A DNA stretch of 56,298 bases from Candidatus Omnitrophota bacterium (GTDB lineage Bacteria > Omnitrophota > Gorgyraeia > Gygaellales > Profunditerraquicolaceae): NCBI GenBank assembly GCA_003644385.1, contig QNCD01000002.1, positions 1 through 56,298 on the forward strand, read 5' to 3'. The translations under genes were made by a program, and so were the position numbers. Positions 51,855 to 56,298 of the stretch are shown here, piece after piece (position 1 is the first letter of the stretch; every line of letters begins with the position of its first letter). The notes below the pieces were generated by a model. It was given only the letters and a program-made list of their open reading frames with translations. It did not search any database and was not told where the DNA came from.

Positions 51855-54665
51855 TCATTCATCCTTGAAAAAAGTTTGATCCTTAGGTCTTTTGGCTATC
51901 CAAATTCGCTTGCCGTCAGCAATTGGAGCATACATGAATAACCATCTACCTGACAAATTTTTGTTCCTTGTGAAATTGAACTCAAATTCTTTAATATGCT
52001 CTTCTTGTTTGTGAGCTTTCCAATCTATGAAATCTATTATTATCATTACTGCATATGACTTACTGAATGCGCCCACTTCTCCTGGTTCAAATATAGCTGG
52101 ACTTTTCTTACCAAAATCCAGCCATGACAAAGGTCCTCTAATTACTTCAGCCTCACCTTCACCTTTCCTGGGCTGTTTCCACATAAACCGTAAGCTGTCT
52201 CCAGGTTTATAATCTGCCAACTTATCAAGTCCTTTAATATTGCCGATTAGTATTTCTCCACCTTCCCAATAATTCATACCTGAAGGATGTAATCTTAAGT
52301 CTATGTGACAACCCGCTGAAATTAACGATTGCATTATATCTCTAAAAGGTTTAAGACCTTTTCTAACGGCTGCCATGATTCTTAACGAATTCCTCATAAT
52401 TTTTTTCACCCCATCCTCAGTTAAACCCATTATGTGTAGTTGAAGAACTCCATCACCTTTCATTCCTTTAGTAATAGTAATATTCCCTCTCTCTCCTGCT
52501 TCACCTTCCTTTTTTGCTTCAATGATAGCAAAACTTTCACTTGATGATATCAATTTACTTTTCTTCAGCTCATCCCTCACATCAGGACTAATCTGCAATA
52601 TACCTGCAGCATAAGCTCTCTTAATTATTTCTTCAGCTGTTTCTGGATTCTTTCTGGCTAATTCTATATCTCGAACTGCTGGCACAACTGCACCAATGAG
52701 CCAACGACCATCTTTGAATTTTGGTATAATTTCTTGTGCGGTTATGGTCAGTATATCGCCAGGATTTGCTTTCACAGTTGTGTTAAAAGTTTTACCCAAA
52801 GTCTCCAGCTTACCTTTAGACAAATACCCAACAGTATAATTGAACACATTAGTAGTACCTTTAACAGGATTCCTTTTTATTACTTGAACCTTGAATTCAA
52901 CTATTGTTTTAATTTTAGCCCAAGCAGGAGTCTGTCCAGTTAAGGGATATGTAGAATCAGTTACTTTACACACAGCCCCTTCTGAACCCTCAACTTTACT
53001 AACTTTTTGGATATCTTTTATCAAGTCTGCTTTATTATCAGAAATATTTTTAGGAGACAGCTTGAAAATCTTAAAGTCATATTTAGCAAAAATATTCTCC
53101 AATTGTTCTCTGCGAGTAGTCCAAGGTTCATTGTGCAAATCTTTATCATCATAATACAGACAGTCAAACACATGACACACTAAAGTTCCTTTCACTCCTG
53201 CTGGTGTTTCAAACTTGCGATAAACTTTATCCTTAGTAGTGCCCCAGTAAGCTAAGTCTTTCCTGGCTATAACTTTACCACCTGGACCAATAGCTCCTAA
53301 TTCAGCGTCCAATATAACTGGCTTGTCTATAACTTTCAAGTCTGCCACCAAGTCTGGAAATTGATTGCTTCTGTCTCTTTTAGAATCCTCAAAGTAAATT
53401 AAAGTGTTACCATTGTCCTTCTGCAAAACAGTTCTCCAACCGTTGTATTTAATCTCTGTGTCTATTTTCTTACCTCTCTTCAAGTAAGCATCAGCCCACT
53501 TATCAACAAAAGTTTTAATATCATAATATTCCTGCATAGTATATCCACTCGAGGTCTTAAGTGGAGTAAAAATCTGGAGAGGCTTGAGATTTTTACTTTC
53601 AAGCACTTCATCTATCCCAGAGTTCTTAACACATCTTAACTTACCAACCAAATACACAACATCCCACTCAGGATCGTCATATTCTTCCAACTTTTCTATT
53701 TCAAACTTGGGATATATGAAATGGCTCTTGCGCAAATTGTCTTCACAAAAAAATTGTATAGTAACCGCATTCCACAGGCTTTTGTGGGTAGGATTGCCGA
53801 ATGCTCCTTGTCCTTTAGTACTGGGAAATTCAAATTCAAAGATGCCTCCAGGTTTCAATACTCTCCAAATTTCCGACATAATGAAAAAATGGTTGCTCAA
53901 ATGTTCAAGTGAGTGTTTAGCCAGCACATAATCCACAGAATCATTGGGAAATGGTATGCCATGTTCCAAATCCCAATATAAGTCAGGATGTCCAGTAATA
54001 TCAATATTAACAAAACCAGGTAGCTTATTATCACCACAGCCTAAATTCAGCTTGATAACTTTTTTCTCCTCATTTCCATTCCTGTTTTCATTAACCTTAA
54101 CAATACCTTTGTCCTTAGCCCTTAACACCAAATCAAACAAAGGCACATAGTCATCATGAGGACCTTCTGGATTATATACCCAATGATAATCTTTATTCTG
54201 CCTGCCGAGAGTCTTAGCTATCAATACTTCTAAGCTTGGATCTCTGGGTGGTCTTCTGAACAATATGTCTATGTCTTCATAATTGTCTTTCTTGACACTG
54301 CTACCTATCTGGCACACAAAGTCAGGAATATATACTACATCTTTTTCGTTCTTTAACTTCAAGCTTTCTGTCACATCTGACAACTTCTTGCCAATTCTAT
54401 TCAATATTTTTTTTAATAGCTCTAAACTACTTTTCTTCATCTTGTCTGGGTGGAAAACTATTATCTTTCTCTTCAGCATTTCTCTCATTACTTTTTCAGC
54501 AAATTCAATCAAATCCTCAATTTTAGCAAATTCAGTCTTCCCACCTTTCTTCATCACGCTATACTTAGCACACAACAACCTCCAATCATCCCTCAATTGG
54601 TCATCTCTTACTTTACTCGCATCATAGCCTTTAACCTTGAATTCATTTATTTTTATTTTTATCAC
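51855..54665 (-). CDS. 936-aa multidomain protein: Pol-beta-type nucleotidyltransferase-like + class I SAM methyltransferase + ATP-dependent DNA/RNA ligase + LigD 3'-phosphoesterase-like domain
   Basis: GSSVKKDNYEDIDILF (nt 54258-54305); LNLGCGD...WRVLKPGG (MTase, ~53631-54059). Ligase motifs EIKYNGWR (I, Lys codon 53448-53450), ILDAELG (III), HVFDCLYYDDKDL...RREQL (IV), EGAVCK (V), WAKIK (VI region), plus an OB-like segment. HIDLRLH (nt 52287-52307) and FEPGEVGAF in the C-terminal ~200 aa. Apparent GTG start. Confidence 0.7.
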   Translation of the reverse strand: MIKIKINEFKVKGYDASKVRDDQLRDDWRLLCAKYSVMKKGGKTEFAKIEDLIEFAEKVMREMLKRKIIVFHPDKMKKSSLELLKKILNRIGKKLSDVTESLKLKNEKDVVYIPDFVCQIGSSVKKDNYEDIDILFRRPPRDPSLEVLIAKTLGRQNKDYHWVYNPEGPHDDYVPLFDLVLRAKDKGIVKVNENRNGNEEKKVIKLNLGCGDNKLPGFVNIDITGHPDLYWDLEHGIPFPNDSVDYVLAKHSLEHLSNHFFIMSEIWRVLKPGGIFEFEFPSTKGQGAFGNPTHKSLWNAVTIQFFCEDNLRKSHFIYPKFEIEKLEEYDDPEWDVVYLVGKLRCVKNSGIDEVLESKNLKPLQIFTPLKTSSGYTMQEYYDIKTFVDKWADAYLKRGKKIDTEIKYNGWRTVLQKDNGNTLIYFEDSKRDRSNQFPDLVADLKVIDKPVILDAELGAIGPGGKVIARKDLAYWGTTKDKVYRKFETPAGVKGTLVCHVFDCLYYDDKDLHNEPWTTRREQLENIFAKYDFKIFKLSPKNISDNKADLIKDIQKVSKVEGSEGAVCKVTDSTYPLTGQTPAWAKIKTIVEFKVQVIKRNPVKGTTNVFNYTVGYLSKGKLETLGKTFNTTVKANPGDILTITAQEIIPKFKDGRWLIGAVVPAVRDIELARKNPETAEEIIKRAYAAGILQISPDVRDELKKSKLISSSESFAIIEAKKEGEAGERGNITITKGMKGDGVLQLHIMGLTEDGVKKIMRNSLRIMAAVRKGLKPFRDIMQSLISAGCHIDLRLHPSGMNYWEGGEILIGNIKGLDKLADYKPGDSLRFMWKQPRKGEGEAEVIRGPLSWLDFGKKSPAIFEPGEVGAFSKSYAVMIIIDFIDWKAHKQEEHIKEFEFNFTRNKNLSGRWLFMYAPIADGKRIWIAKRPKDQTFFKDE

Positions 54666-54804
54666 CCCTCACAATAAACAATTTTAATTCCTCCAATTCT
54701 AAACAGAGCTTCTCCACTAAGTCACTAAAAGCCACACTCTCCTTTTTTAACCATTCTTTTAATTCATCAATTTTGTATTCAATTTCTTCTCTCAATCTGA
54801 CCAT
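54643..54804 (-). CDS. small coiled-coil ORF (53 aa), not in the supplied track
   Basis: Hand translation: MVRLREEIEYKIDELKEWLKKESVAFSDLVEKLCLELEELKLFIVRGDKNKNK. Its ATG overlaps the stop of 54792..55001 (ATGGTCAGATTGA) and its stop overlaps the first codons of the 936-aa gene. Confidence 0.3.
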   Translation of the reverse strand: MVRLREEIEYKIDELKEWLKKESVAFSDLVEKLCLELEELKLFIVRGDKNKNK

Positions 54805-55001
54805 CTCACTGGTGTACTTTTCTTTGGTTTCAAATCATATTCTCTCTCCAATTTATCAATTACTATATCAGCCACAGCTTCACCAACTTCATCAATGTTC
54901 AAATAGTTGACAGCTCTCACTCTATCTTTCATCAAGCCCCTATAGTCCATCATTGTCTTGACTATTAACTGTTTTACCTCATTTTTTTCTTCCTGTGTCA
55001 T
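54792..55001 (-). CDS. hypothetical protein
   Basis: 69-aa ORF preceded by AAAGGAGG on the minus strand. Confidence 0.45.
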   Translation of the reverse strand: MTQEEKNEVKQLIVKTMMDYRGLMKDRVRAVNYLNIDEVGEAVADIVIDKLEREYDLKPKKSTPVRWSD

Positions 55002-55055
55002 TTTAATTCCTCCTTTTGAAAATATTTTTTACCACTAAAAAATTGTAGCGGGAAA

Positions 55056-55107
55056 TCAATTTTTGGTCAATTTTCAATCGTATTTCAAATGGTCAAATTT
55101 GTCAAAT
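55056..55107. repeat. iteron-like array of six TCAAT/TCAAAT cores
   Basis: Cores at 55056, 55067, 55074, 55085, 55093 and 55102, spaced 7-11 nt, including a 9-mer TCAAATGGT repeated at 55085 and 55102. Lies in an intergenic region. Confidence 0.4.
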
Positions 55108-55115
55108 GGTGTCAG

Positions 55116-55195
55116 GGATGGCAGGTTGGGGCTTTAGTGAAATACTGAAAAATAAAAATTTGAGTGTAACTCCCTAACCTCCCAACCAGCCATCC
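55116..55195. repeat. GC-rich 15-bp inverted repeat (one mismatch) with 50-nt spacer
   Basis: GGATGGCAGGTTGGG (55116-55130) pairs with CCCAACCAGCCATCC (55181-55195). It stands out against the AT-rich background and sits between two minus-strand genes. Confidence 0.5.
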
Positions 55196-55279
55196 AGCGA
55201 ATCAATTAGGGTTTCAAAAATCCAACCATCATGAAAAATTATTCACCAGCTACTGGACAGCCAGCAAATAAATATGATA

Positions 55280-55387
55280 CTAATCGTCCTTTGCAATTTT
55301 CTTTCCTATTTTCCAACAAGCTCCCAATATTCCAATCACAAAAACAATTATAGCAAATACAGCTGCGAAGACTATTACACTCTCCAT
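55280..55387 (-). CDS. 35-aa single-pass membrane peptide (not in track)
   Basis: Hand translation: MESVIVFAAVFAIIVFVIGILGACWKIGKKIAKDD. AGGAGA lies 8 nt upstream of the ATG. It starts 1 nt after the stop of the upstream peptide gene. Confidence 0.4.
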   Translation of the reverse strand: MESVIVFAAVFAIIVFVIGILGACWKIGKKIAKDD

Positions 55388-55388
55388 T

Positions 55389-55529
55389 TTATTTTCTCCT
55401 TTTTTTGTATTTATTAACTATCTTATTTATCTCTCTTTTTCTTATTCCTTCTATAACACTCCATTTAACAACTACAATAACCAGATTTACAATAACGCAA
55501 ATCCCAATAATTGCAAACAACTCTTTCAT
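55389..55529 (-). CDS. 46-aa single-pass membrane peptide (not in track)
   Basis: Hand translation: MKELFAIIGICVIVNLVIVVVKWSVIEGIRKREINKIVNKYKKRRK. AGGAGA lies 7 nt upstream of the ATG. Confidence 0.4.
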   Translation of the reverse strand: MKELFAIIGICVIVNLVIVVVKWSVIEGIRKREINKIVNKYKKRRK

Positions 55530-55714
55530 CTTTTAATCTCCTTTTTATTGTCACAAATAAATACTGCATTTGAACATTTTCACAGAATTTACTCTCGGAG
55601 ATCCTCAAAAATTGGGATACCACATCCAGATTGTGTCAAATAGCGAATTTGAAAAAATTGATGTTTTTTCTGCCCATGAAAACAATGAATTTTTGTTCAA
55701 AGTCAATAGCCAAG

Positions 55715-56095
55715 CTATTCATCCACATTTCTCAAGTCCTTTAAGTCTATAATGATATCATTCTTCTTAATTATAACTGGCGCTCTCATTCTCTTCAATC
55801 CATCATTCCAATATTCCCTAAGCTCTCTCCAAGGAATAGCAAACCTACAATTTTGTGTCACCCTGCGAGAATGCAGAGAAGTGGGAGATTTAGCAAATTG
55901 AAATAATAACTTAGATCCTTCTCTATATACATTTACATATTTATATTGTGTAAAGTTATATATCTTTTCTCTAACATAAACTGGCAAGTAAACCTCAAGT
56001 CTACGACTATGACCAACCCTACAAAAAGTGATTAATTCTTCTTCTATATTCACTTTCTTTTTTACTAACTGCCAAGTCATTTTTATTTCTCTCAC
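55715..56095 (-). CDS. hypothetical protein (first gene of the leftward transcription unit in this window)
   Basis: 126-aa basic ORF preceded by AAAAGGAG. No motif recognised. Confidence 0.5.
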   Translation of the reverse strand: MREIKMTWQLVKKKVNIEEELITFCRVGHSRRLEVYLPVYVREKIYNFTQYKYVNVYREGSKLLFQFAKSPTSLHSRRVTQNCRFAIPWRELREYWNDGLKRMRAPVIIKKNDIIIDLKDLRNVDE

Positions 56096-56126
56096 AATCT
56101 CCTTTTTTATTTATCAGCATTCCCAA

Positions 56127-56210
56127 GACATCCAGCGATTGCCAAGATGCTCACAGGGACACAAATTGAGCGAGCGATGGGCGATATTCCACCCCTGACA
56201 CCCAGCGAAT
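56127..56210. promoter_or_regulatory. two copies of a 14-mer (G[AC]CA[TC]CCAGCGA[AT]T), also present at 55189..55202
   Basis: GACATCCAGCGATT at 56127-56140 and GACACCCAGCGAAT at 56197-56210. The third copy, GCCATCCAGCGAAT, is at 55189-55202. All three are intergenic, GC-rich and upstream of minus-strand genes. Confidence 0.35.
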
Positions 56211-56298
56211 CATACCCAAATTTCATATTGCCTAAAAAGTGATACAGTAAAACTGAAGTAAAATTGAAATTGATAAAAATTGGATATTTTATTGTATA

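Noticed and set aside
55108-55202. GC-rich patches (also 56127..56210) as tRNA or other known small RNA genes
   Set aside because: No cloverleaf could be drawn. There is no GTTCRANYC-type T-loop and no acceptor-stem complementarity. The only strong pairing is a single long hairpin.
55570-55752. Only plus-strand ORF lying partly in an intergenic region (60 aa, TTG start)
   Set aside because: It has a non-ATG start with no SD sequence, overlaps the 3' end of 55715..56095 by 38 nt, and shows no motif. It could in principle be a divergent regulator, but nothing in the sequence supports that.
55108-56202. 10-nt inverted match (GGTGTCAGGG / CCCTGACACC) as terminal inverted repeats of a small mobile cassette
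   Set aside because: A 10-nt match is within chance expectation for a 56-kb window. No transposase/recombinase gene and no target-site duplication are visible. It is more economically explained as shared regulatory motifs.

Overview
AT-rich, very gene-dense 56.3-kb segment of a tailed dsDNA phage, siphovirus-type (tape measure and tube present, no sheath). Every credible gene is on the minus strand: about 75 CDS, including four sub-60-aa ORFs I translated by hand. Start/stop overlaps are frequent and AGGAG-type RBSs are seen wherever I checked. Plus-strand ORFs in the track look like antisense artefacts. In transcription order (high to low coordinates): (1) an iteron/inverted-repeat regulatory region and two tiny membrane peptides (56.3-55.0 kb); (2) a 936-aa multidomain protein combining Pol-beta-type nucleotidyltransferase, SAM methyltransferase, ATP-dependent ligase and a LigD-phosphoesterase-like domain (54.7-51.9 kb); (3) the head module with protease/scaffold, DUF2190-like decoration, major capsid and connectors (51.8-45.3 kb); (4) a ~16.8-kb nucleotide-sugar/glycosyltransferase island between the head-tail joining genes and the tail tube (45.1-28.2 kb), holding rmlA/rmlB, a complete GDP-heptose pathway (gmhA-hddA-gmhB-hddC), three more SDR enzymes, seven glycosyltransferases including a GT2-radical SAM fusion, and three methyltransferases; (5) the tail module with tube, chaperones showing an apparent RF2-style +1 frameshift, a 1288-aa tape measure with 8 x 120-bp in-frame repeats, and tip and fibre/spike proteins (28.2-18.1 kb); (6) two hyper-acidic Tyr/Asp/Ser-repeat proteins followed by two radical SAM enzymes, one with an exact SPASM motif (18.1-14.6 kb); (7) a lysis cassette (14.1-12.2 kb); (8) replication genes: SF2 helicase, DnaB-like helicase, primase (12.1-7.9 kb); (9) early small genes including SprT-like, DUF932-like and sigma-like (7.6-2.5 kb); (10) a nucleotide-pool/modification trio cut by the window edge (2.5-0.04 kb). 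No terminase, portal, DNA polymerase, integrase, tRNA, rRNA or CRISPR array was recognised, so the window is probably part of a larger genome. All functional calls rest on motif recognition by eye and on gene order; no database search or structure prediction was run.
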